Source: Idiomarina loihiensis L2TR (GTDB taxonomy: Bacteria > Pseudomonadota > Gammaproteobacteria > Enterobacterales > Alteromonadaceae). Taken from it: a stretch of DNA of 32,000 bases. Under the pieces are notes generated by a model that had not been told where the DNA came from, did no database searches, and saw only the letters and a list, made by a program, of their open reading frames with translations. Where the stretch lies: contig NC_006512.1 of assembly GCF_000008465.1 (NCBI RefSeq), positions 1 to 32,000 on the forward strand. The letters are read 5' to 3'. A program made the position numbers and the translations under genes. Positions 24,884 through 32,000 of this stretch are shown piece by piece. Position 1 is the first letter of the stretch, and each line of letters opens with the position of its first letter.

Positions 24884-25444
24884 ATGGCAGATACATGGGA
24901 AGCAGCGCACAGCGCTATAAAAACGGGCATTATTGCCTATCCGACAGAGGCGGTATTTGGACTGGGATGCGACCCCCGCAATGAAGTGGCTGTGCAGAAG
25001 TTATTAAGCCTGAAACAGCGACCCGCCGAGAAAGGTCTTATATTAATTGCCGCCGATTACAGTCAGTTACTTCCCTATGTTGAAGACTCCGCTATTGCGC
25101 AGGACAAACGATTCAGCGTTTTGTCACATTGGCCGGGGCCCGTTACATTAATTCTGCCGGTAAGAAAAGGCGTATCAACCTTATTGACGGGCGGTCGCGA
25201 TACTATCGCTGTGCGCGTGACTGCGCATGAACCTGCCAGAGCGCTGTGCCGCGAGCTGGGTCATGCGTTAGTCTCTACCAGCGCCAATTTAACCGGGCAG
25301 GAACCCGCCCGAACTGCGGCAGAAGTGCGTCAGCAATTTGGTGACAGTGTGGACTGGATAATGGATGAAAGCACCGGTGGAGCTGCGAACCCGACTCGAA
25401 TCATAAACCCACTAAATAATCAGGTTTTCAGAGACGATGCATAA
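24884..25444 (+). CDS. tsaC: Threonylcarbamoyl-AMP synthase (t6A biosynthesis; YrdC/RimN)
   Basis: [12 protein letters not shown] and [11 protein letters not shown] prefer the ATG at 24884, which has GAGGAG 5 nt upstream. The track start at 24878 is a GTG. Confidence 0.92.
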
Positions 25445-26351
25445 TGATTACTTGAAGCAGGTAAAAAGCTACCTGATGTCGTTGCAGGATGCCATTTGTC
25501 AGCAGTTGGCGCAGGCGGACGGTGAGCAGAGCTTTCAGGAAGACAGCTGGGACCGGCCGGGAGGCGGCGGTGGTCGCTCGAGGATCATGAAAAACGGTGC
25601 GGTTTTTGAACAGGGTGGTGTAGGCTTTTCGCACGTTTATGGTGAGAAAATGCCTGCCTCGGCAACGGCACACCGACCAGAGCTGGAAGGTCGCGACTTC
25701 AATGCTTGTGGTGTTTCTCTGGTAATGCATCCGGAAAACCCTATGGTGCCAACGGTCCATATGAATGTGCGTTTTTTCATTGCGCAAAAAGAAGGTGAAG
25801 AGCCTGTCTGGTGGTTTGGCGGCGGCTTTGATTTAACGCCGTTTTACCCTTTTGACCAAGACATTATCGAATGGCATCAACAGGCGAAAAATGCGCTAGA
25901 TAGCGTCGATGAAAAGCTCTATCCGGAATATAAAGCCTGGTGCGACGATTACTTTTTCCTTAAGCATCGCGATGAAGCGCGCGGTGTGGGCGGCATATTC
26001 TTTGATGACCTTAACGACCGTTCATTTGACGAGTGCTTTTCGGTTATAAAAGCGGTGGGTGATGCTTTCACCAAAGCTTATTTGCCTATTGTCGAACGTC
26101 GCAAAAACCTGGCTTATACTCAGCAACAAAGAGACTTCCAGCTATATCGCCGCGGGCGTTATGTGGAGTTTAATCTGGTCTGGGATAGGGGAACTTTGTT
26201 TGGCCTGCAAACCGGTGGCAGAACCGAGTCTATTTTAATGTCGATGCCACCGCTGGCGCGTTGGGAGTACAACTGGCAAGCTGAGCCAGGCTCTGCAGAA
26301 GAGCAGCTTACCGAGTATTATTTAAAACCCAGAGACTGGCTGTCAGTATGA
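25437..26351 (+). CDS. hemF: Oxygen-dependent coproporphyrinogen III oxidase
   Basis: 304 aa. Collinear with E. coli HemF ([58 protein letters not shown]). Confidence 0.97.
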
Positions 26352-27187
26352 AATCCGTGACCAGCCTGGGCGTATTCGGGAATCCCATAGCGCATAGCCT
26401 GTCGCCGCGTATTCATGCGCTGTTTGCGCAGACCCGGCAGGACTCAATTAACTATCAACGCTATTTATCCACGCCCGGGCATTTTCCCCGCCGGGTTGCT
26501 GAATTCTTCCGCCATGGCGGACAGGGTGCCAATGTCACCTTACCATTTAAACAGCAGGCTGCCTCCTTGGTTACTAAACTATCCGATCGTGCGCGGTTAG
26601 CGGGGGCGGTGAACACCTTAATTCCTTATGGCAATGGTCTGCTACTAGGTGATAATACTGACGGCGAGGGTTTGATTATTGACCTTAAAAATAAAGGGTT
26701 AAATGTAAGTGAGCGCTCACTTGCTGTCTTTGGTGCCGGAGGTTCAGCACGTGGCATAATACCTCTTCTACTGGAGCAAAAGCCGCGGTGTCTGTATTTG
26801 GTTAATCGAACGGCAAAGAAAGCTGAAATGCTTAAATCTCAGCTAGAGACACTGGGACTGGTTGCAGCGAACCGAATTCAGGTACGTTCGTCTGCGTCTG
26901 AAATTGACGAGCCTATAGACCTGCTAATTAACGCTACCAGCAGCAGTTTGAATGGACAGCGTTTAACGCTCCCTCCGCTGCTGTCCGAAAATGCTTCTGG
27001 CTATGACTTGATGTATGCCGACCAACCCACGGTATTTATGGAGCAACTGACGCAGGCTGGCTGCAAAAATGTCAGCGATGGATTTGGCATGTTGATTGAG
27101 CAGGCAGCGTCCTCTTACCAACTTTGGATGGGAGATGAACGCCCCGATACTGCATTTGTTATGGCTGAAATGCGAACTCCTAGTTGA
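26348..27187 (+). CDS. aroE: Shikimate dehydrogenase
   Basis: 279 aa. [20 protein letters not shown] and the NADP motif GAGGSARG. Overlaps hemF by 4 nt (ATGA). Confidence 0.95.
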
Positions 27188-27305
27188 TTGATTGAAAAGG
27201 GGTTTTCTTTGCTTTTTATAAGTAAAGAAAAATGAGGAACAAAAGGTTATAAAAAAACTGAATTTGTCAGTAGATCATTGCTGATTTTATGGTAATCTGT
27301 CTGAC

Positions 27306-27346
27306 CTGCTTTTGAGGCATTTCCTTCCATTTCAGGACAAAAGCAG
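27306..27346. other. Hairpin-forming inverted repeat (9-bp perfect stem, 23-nt loop)
   Basis: CTGCTTTTG (27306-27314) pairs with CAAAAGCAG (27338-27346). No U-tract follows on either strand, so it is not a canonical terminator. Confidence 0.5.
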
Positions 27347-27452
27347 AATAGTTTCCACAGTGAAACATAATAATAAAAAGTACTAGGTATTTCGGGAAAC
27401 CTGCCGTTTTAAATCCCATACTATCAATAACTTAAGTAAATTTTGGACACGG

Positions 27453-27468
27453 GGAAATTTAAATTTCC
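27453..27468. promoter_or_regulatory. Perfect 16-bp palindrome GGAAATTTAAATTTCC (candidate dimeric regulator site)
   Basis: Read directly, about 120 bp upstream of the polA start codon. I cannot assign a binding protein. Confidence 0.35.
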
Positions 27469-27508
27469 GGCTGTGGCATGAGTCGTTGTTAACAGAGTTA
27501 TTAACAGG

Positions 27509-27517
27509 TTATGCACA
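27509..27517 (+). promoter_or_regulatory. Consensus DnaA box (TTATGCACA) upstream of polA
   Basis: Exact match to TTATNCACA, 70 bp upstream of the polA ATG. It sits in the loop between the 8-bp inverted repeats AACAGAGT (27491-27498) and ACTCTGTT (27517-27524), sharing its last base with the right arm. A DnaA box is known in the E. coli polA promoter. Confidence 0.5.
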
Positions 27518-27586
27518 CTCTGTTCAGTGGCCTGAATTGCCGTTCTGTGGCATCCTATAGGTAACGCTTAATTTAGGTTCTTAACT

Positions 27587-30352
27587 ATGGCCACATCTGT
27601 TCCAGAAAATCCTTTTATTCTTGTCGATGGTTCTTCTTATTTGTTCCGCGCTTTTCATGCGCCGCCGCATTTAACCAACTCAAAAGGTGAACCGACCGGA
27701 GCTATTTACGGCGTGGTTAATATGCTCCGAAGCCTGCTAAAGCGCTATAAACCCAGCCATATGGCGGTAGTTTTCGATGCCAAAGGCAAAACCTTTCGTA
27801 GCGACATTTACCAGGACTACAAAGCAAATCGTCCGCCTATGCCAGACGATCTGCGAAGTCAGATCAAACCTTTGCATGACATTGTCCAGGCTATGGGTTT
27901 ACCGCTGCTTTGCATTGACGATGTTGAAGCCGATGATGTTATTGGCACGCTGGCGCGCCAGGCCGGCGACAAGGGTCGCTTTACGCTGATTAGTACCGGC
28001 GATAAGGACATGGCTCAACTGGTCAATGAACACGTCATGCTCATTAACACCATGACCGATACTTTAATGGACCCTGAAGGGGTTGAGAAAAAGTTTGGGG
28101 TTAAGCCAAACCAAATTATCGATTATTTAGCGCTTATGGGTGACAGCTCGGACAATATTCCAGGCTTGCCCAAAGTGGGCGAAAAGACAGCACAGGCACT
28201 GCTGCAAAGTATTCCCAGCATTGACGCTATTTACGAAAATGTAGATGCAGTGACTGAGCTTTCGTTCCGTGGCGCCAAGTCTATGCCGGCTAAGCTTAAT
28301 GAATATAAAGAACAGCTGCTGATGTCGCGTGAGCTGGCGACCATTAAGCTCGATGTGGCAATGGACTTACAACCGGAAGAGTTGAAAATACAGACGGCAG
28401 ACAGCGAAAAACTGCAGGAGCTCTACAGTCGTTGTGAATTCCGCCGGTGGCTTGATGAGCTGATGGAAACTGGTGCGGCAACGAATCAGGTGCTGGGTGA
28501 AACCGATGGCGAAAAACCGACCAGCGATATAAACAGAGACGCGTACGGTGTATTGATGACTGAAAAAGAGGTCAGCGATTACATAACGCAACTGAATAAA
28601 TTTGATTACTTTGCCTTTGATACCGAAACAACCAGCCTTAATTATATGGAAGCTGAACTGGTTGGTGTGTCGTTAGCCATGGCACCTGGCGAAGCTGTGT
28701 ATATACCTGTCGGGCATGATTATATGGAAGCGCCGGACCAGGTTGGCCGGGACTGGTTACTGGAGCAGTTAAAGCCTTTACTTGAAGCTGAAAAGCCGCA
28801 AAAAGTGGGGCAAAACCTGAAATACGACTCGCATATTCTGCGTCGCTATAAAATTCGTCTGGCGGGGATTTTAAATGACACCATGCTTGCCTCCTACGTG
28901 TTTAACAGTGTTGGTTCGCGGCATGATATGGATACCTTAAGCCTGCATTATCTGAATCACAAAACCATTAGTTTTGAAGACATTGCAGGTAAGGGTGCTA
29001 AGCAACTGACGTTTAACCAGATTGCTTTAGAGCAGGCGGGGCCTTACGCGGCTGAAGATGCCGACATTACTTACCGACTGCATGACGTGCTCTGGAATAA
29101 AGTAAAAGAAACCGGCAGTGAGCTGCAAAGTGTTCTTACCGACATTGAAGTGCCGTTAGTACCGATATTGTGCGATATGGAGCAATACGGCGTGCGCATT
29201 GACGCAAACTTGCTGGGTAAGCAAAGCCAGGAAATTGCGGAAAAGCTCGATGCCCTGGAAAAAAAGGCTTTTGAAATTGCCGGCGAGGAGTTCAACCTGG
29301 GCTCGCCGAAACAGCTGCAACGCATATTCTTCGAAAAGCTTGAGTTGCCAATTGTGAAGAAAACGCCAAAAGGCGCGCCGTCAACGGCTGAGGAAGTTTT
29401 GCACGAGCTGGCACATGACTACCCCTTGCCGGATGTGATACTGCAGCATCGCGGCTTGTCGAAGCTTAAATCAACCTATACCGACAAGTTACCGAAGATG
29501 ATTAACCCCGATACAGGGCGCGTACACACCTCGTACCAACAGGCGGTTACCGCAACCGGGCGTTTGTCTTCAACAGACCCTAACCTGCAGAATATTCCAA
29601 TTCGTACCGCCGAAGGGCGCAGAGTGCGTCAGGCCTTTATTCCTGAGCAAGGCTATAAGATTGTCGCTATCGACTATAGCCAGATTGAACTGCGCATTAT
29701 GGCGCACTTGTCGCAAGATGAGTCTTTGCTTAAAGCCTTTGCCGAAGGCCTGGATATTCACCGTGCGACAGCGGCCGAAGTGTTTGGCTGTAAGGCTGAT
29801 GAAGTCAGTAATGACCAGCGCCGTCAGGCAAAAGCGGTGAACTTCGGGCTAATTTACGGTATGTCAGCCTTTGGACTGGCGCGGCAACTGGGTATTGCCC
29901 GTCATGAAGCTCAGCACTATATGGACAAGTATTTTGAACGCTTCCCTGGAGTTTTGCGTTACATGGAAGATACTCGCAAGCAGGCAAAAGAGCAGGGCTA
30001 TGTTAAAACCCTGTTTGGACGTCGTTTACCCTTGCCGGATATAAAAGCCAGTAACGGAGCCCGTAGAAAAGGGGCGGAACGTGCAGCTATCAATGCGCCA
30101 ATGCAGGGCACTGCAGCGGATATCATTAAGAAAGCTATGCTGAAAGTTGCCGACTGGATTGACAGTAATAACTGTCAGGATGATGTGCGTATGCTAATGC
30201 AAGTTCACGATGAACTGGTGTTTGAAATAAAAGAGTCGAAATTAACGGATTATATTGAACAATTAACTGAAGTAATGGAAAAGGCTGCAAGCCTTGATGT
30301 GCCTTTAATAGCGGAAGCTGGTAAAGGTAATAACTGGGACGAAGCTCATTAA
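27587..30352 (+). CDS. polA: DNA polymerase I
   Basis: 921 aa. 5-prime nuclease N-terminus, 3-prime-5-prime exonuclease motif FAFDTETTSL, and polymerase motifs A (DYSQIELR), B (RRQAKAVNFGLIYG) and C (QVHDELVFE). Confidence 0.98.
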   Translation: MATSVPENPFILVDGSSYLFRAFHAPPHLTNSKGEPTGAIYGVVNMLRSLLKRYKPSHMAVVFDAKGKTFRSDIYQDYKANRPPMPDDLRSQIKPLHDIVQAMGLPLLCIDDVEADDVIGTLARQAGDKGRFTLISTGDKDMAQLVNEHVMLINTMTDTLMDPEGVEKKFGVKPNQIIDYLALMGDSSDNIPGLPKVGEKTAQALLQSIPSIDAIYENVDAVTELSFRGAKSMPAKLNEYKEQLLMSRELATIKLDVAMDLQPEELKIQTADSEKLQELYSRCEFRRWLDELMETGAATNQVLGETDGEKPTSDINRDAYGVLMTEKEVSDYITQLNKFDYFAFDTETTSLNYMEAELVGVSLAMAPGEAVYIPVGHDYMEAPDQVGRDWLLEQLKPLLEAEKPQKVGQNLKYDSHILRRYKIRLAGILNDTMLASYVFNSVGSRHDMDTLSLHYLNHKTISFEDIAGKGAKQLTFNQIALEQAGPYAAEDADITYRLHDVLWNKVKETGSELQSVLTDIEVPLVPILCDMEQYGVRIDANLLGKQSQEIAEKLDALEKKAFEIAGEEFNLGSPKQLQRIFFEKLELPIVKKTPKGAPSTAEEVLHELAHDYPLPDVILQHRGLSKLKSTYTDKLPKMINPDTGRVHTSYQQAVTATGRLSSTDPNLQNIPIRTAEGRRVRQAFIPEQGYKIVAIDYSQIELRIMAHLSQDESLLKAFAEGLDIHRATAAEVFGCKADEVSNDQRRQAKAVNFGLIYGMSAFGLARQLGIARHEAQHYMDKYFERFPGVLRYMEDTRKQAKEQGYVKTLFGRRLPLPDIKASNGARRKGAERAAINAPMQGTAADIIKKAMLKVADWIDSNNCQDDVRMLMQVHDELVFEIKESKLTDYIEQLTEVMEKAASLDVPLIAEAGKGNNWDEAH

Positions 30353-30384
30353 TTTTAAGAATTGTCTGAACTTTTTATAAAGGG

Positions 30385-30476
30385 TCTAGTCACAACAAGT
30401 GAGGGCATTAATCCTCCCTCAAAAAATTGTTCTCCCTGGATTACTTTTCGCCCGGCTTTTTAGTCGGGCTTTTTTC
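30385..30476 (+). ncRNA. Candidate small RNA or structured polA 3-prime UTR (Spot 42-like position)
   Basis: Hairpin TGAGGG-N10-CCCTCA (30400-30421), then an A-run and the pyrimidine-rich tract TTGTTCTCCCTGGATTACTTTTC, then a terminator. The 5-prime end is undefined. There is only loose resemblance to the E. coli Spot 42 tract UGUUCUAUCUUUCAGACCUUUUACUUC. Confidence 0.3.
30450..30476 (+). terminator. Intrinsic terminator downstream of polA
   Basis: GCCCGGC (30450-30456) pairs with GTCGGGC (30463-30469), including one G-U pair, around the loop TTTTTA. It is followed by TTTTTT (30470-30475). Confidence 0.7.
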
Positions 30477-30479
30477 TGT

Positions 30480-31391
30480 CTATTTCTGTGGTATGCCAGC
30501 CATACCGGAGCGGCCTCTGCGGTTAGCGAACCAAACCCCAACTAAAATGGCGAGCATTCCAACTCCCTGTTGCAACCAGAAGTCTTCGCCATCAAGTATC
30601 CCTAGTATAAGAGCGACAATGGGAATTAGGTAGGTGACCGAGCTGGTAAAAACGGTATTGGTGAGTTGTACTACATGGTTAAAAATAACTAAAGCGCCGG
30701 CGGTTCCTGCGATACCCAGAGCCAGAACAGAAAACAGCGATAACATTGCGCCCGGCTGCTGAACCTGAGTAATAAACTCCGTTCCTGCAAACAAGTAGAT
30801 TGTTGCCGGAACGGCAGCCATAAGCAAAGATATGCCGGTAATGGTTAATGGCGATAAGTCACTGATTTTGTGTTTGATGAGGTTCAGGTTGAGCCCATAA
30901 CAAACGGTTGCGGCCAGGACTAACAAGGCGTACAGATTAAAGTCCCAGCTGCCATTAGCCGAAGCGGTAACCAGAAGCAAGGTACCAAACAAGCCAATGG
31001 CTACGCCAATAACCTGTGCTAAGCGCGCTTTTTGATGAAAGAACAATGCACCAATAACCAGTGTTGCGATAGGGGTTAATGCATTTAGGACCCCGGTAAC
31101 GCCGCTTGCCAGCTGTGTTTGGGCAATAGCAAACATAAAAGCCGGAATAAGACTGCCAACCAGCCCGACACTGGCAAGCTTTAACCAATGTTTGCGGGTA
31201 ATTTTATTCAGTCGGCGGGCAATGAAAGGGGCAAGCACAAGTCCTGCTGAGCTGATGCGTAGTGCGCCAACTTCCATTGGACCAAAGGCCAGTAAGCCTT
31301 TTTTTATTAACAAAAAAGAGCTACCCCAAATTAATGCGAGTAACCCTAATAATAACCAGGCACTAAGTGGTGGCGTGTTATTCGTCGTCAT
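30480..31391 (-). CDS. DMT superfamily (EamA-like) permease
   Basis: About 303 aa and highly hydrophobic, with about 10 predicted TM segments in two EamA-like halves. I prefer the ATG at 31391 ([14 protein letters not shown]), which overlaps the engB end by 14 nt. The track start at 31439 lies inside engB. Confidence 0.8.
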   Translation of the reverse strand: MTTNNTPPLSAWLLLGLLALIWGSSFLLIKKGLLAFGPMEVGALRISSAGLVLAPFIARRLNKITRKHWLKLASVGLVGSLIPAFMFAIAQTQLASGVTGVLNALTPIATLVIGALFFHQKARLAQVIGVAIGLFGTLLLVTASANGSWDFNLYALLVLAATVCYGLNLNLIKHKISDLSPLTITGISLLMAAVPATIYLFAGTEFITQVQQPGAMLSLFSVLALGIAGTAGALVIFNHVVQLTNTVFTSSVTYLIPIVALILGILDGEDFWLQQGVGMLAILVGVWFANRRGRSGMAGIPQK

Positions 31392-31998
31392 ACTCTTTGC
31401 TATACCACTGGTTGAGTTTCTCTTCGACTTGCTCGACACCTATGCGCTTCAATGAGGAAAAGGCTTCAACCTGAACGTCGCCGTTGAAGGCAATTGCCGC
31501 TTGCTTGGCTTTTAAAACGGTTGATTTGCGCGCGCCTTGTTTGAGTTTGTCTGCTTTAGTTAATAAAGCCAGTACCGGCAGATCGCAGTCTACAGCCCAG
31601 TAAATTAATTCCTGATCGGTTTCGCGGAAAGGGTGACGAATATCCATTAATACCACGATGCCCTTTAAACTGTCCCTTTGCTGAAGGTACTCGCTTAAAG
31701 AACGTTGCCATTTTTCTTTGACAGCTAATGGAACCTTAGCGAATCCGTAGCCGGGTAAATCTATCAGTCGCTGACCTGTGGTTAGTTCAAAAACGTTAAT
31801 TAACTGAGTCCGTCCCGGCGTTTTACTGGTGCGGGCCAACGCTTTTTGACGCGTCAGGGTGTTTAACGCACTGGATTTCCCTGCGTTAGAACGGCCGGCG
31901 AAAGCAACTTCAATGCCTGAGTCCGGCGGCAGTTTGCTGATATCGGGTGCACTGGTCACAAATTTTGCCGATGCGTAATCTAATTGCTGATCTGCCAC
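31378..31998 (-). CDS. engB: Ribosome biogenesis GTP-binding protein EngB/YihA
   Basis: G1 [10 protein letters not shown]3 DLPGYG and G4 TKADK. Collinear with E. coli YihA. The apparent GTG start at 31998 is 2 nt from the window edge, so the true start could lie outside the window. Confidence 0.9.
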   Translation of the reverse strand: MADQQLDYASAKFVTSAPDISKLPPDSGIEVAFAGRSNAGKSSALNTLTRQKALARTSKTPGRTQLINVFELTTGQRLIDLPGYGFAKVPLAVKEKWQRSLSEYLQQRDSLKGIVVLMDIRHPFRETDQELIYWAVDCDLPVLALLTKADKLKQGARKSTVLKAKQAAIAFNGDVQVEAFSSLKRIGVEQVEEKLNQWYSKEYDDE

Positions 31999-32000
31999 TA

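Noticed and set aside
26463-26471. DnaA-box-like TTATCCACG inside aroE
   Set aside because: It is a single 8/9 match deep inside coding sequence with no neighbouring boxes. Such matches are expected by chance at this length.
27188-27225. Intrinsic terminator immediately after aroE (GAAAA-GGGG-TTTTC followed by TTTGCTTTTT)
   Set aside because: The stem consists almost entirely of A-U pairs over 5 bp, which is too weak to call. The end of the aroE operon remains undefined.
27350-27367. parS-like sequence AGTTTCCACAGTGAAACA upstream of polA
   Set aside because: The arms GTTTC and GAAAC resemble parS half-sites but are separated by 6 nt (CACAGT), whereas parS has the central 4 nt ACGT. The CACGTG core is absent, so ParB binding is unlikely.
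27188-27586. CsrB/CsrC-type GGA-repeat sRNA in the aroE-polA spacer
   Set aside because: I counted only about five GGA trinucleotides in 400 nt, close to the random expectation of about six. They are not arranged in repeated hairpin loops.

Overview
This window looks like an origin-proximal, housekeeping stretch of a gammaproteobacterial chromosome. GC content is mid-40s percent. The gene order resembles Alteromonadales/Shewanella-type genomes, but I cannot confirm that without a database search. I call 27 protein genes, nearly all with recognisable family motifs. They fall into these blocks: dnaA-dnaN-recF-gyrB (+); glyS-glyQ (-); tag plus a GNAT gene (+); tusA (-); fadBA (-); slt-pepQ-yigZ (+); def-fmt-rsmB-trkA (-); dprA-smg-yrdD-tsaC-hemF-aroE (+); polA (+); engB plus a DMT permease (-). 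I see no rRNA or tRNA genes, CRISPR array, IS or transposase, integrase, prophage, toxin-antitoxin or defence genes. I therefore do not think the window holds a novel multi-gene system, and I say so rather than invent one. The signals the ORF track does not explain are non-coding or dual-coding. (1) Three copies of the chromosomal centromere palindrome parS (TGTTCCACGTGGAACA) lie inside coding sequence, two in recF and one in pepQ. All three sit in the same codon phase and encode F-H-V-E-H. (2) A roughly 210-bp imperfect palindrome between tusA and fadA has concentric 12-bp and 16-bp perfect inverted repeats and a 9-bp inner hairpin. It looks MITE-, ERIC- or REP-like. (3) A 400-bp ORF-free spacer upstream of polA carries a consensus DnaA box, a perfect 16-bp palindrome, duplicated 9-mers and two hairpins. 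(4) A roughly 120-nt tail after polA has a hairpin, a single-stranded tract and an intrinsic terminator. It sits where Spot 42 (spf) lies in related genomes. (5) DnaA boxes and GATC sites lie upstream of dnaA. Several six-frame ORF starts are over-extended (glyQ, tag, def, dprA, tsaC, tusA, DMT permease), and I have trimmed them using ribosome-binding sites and homologue N-termini.
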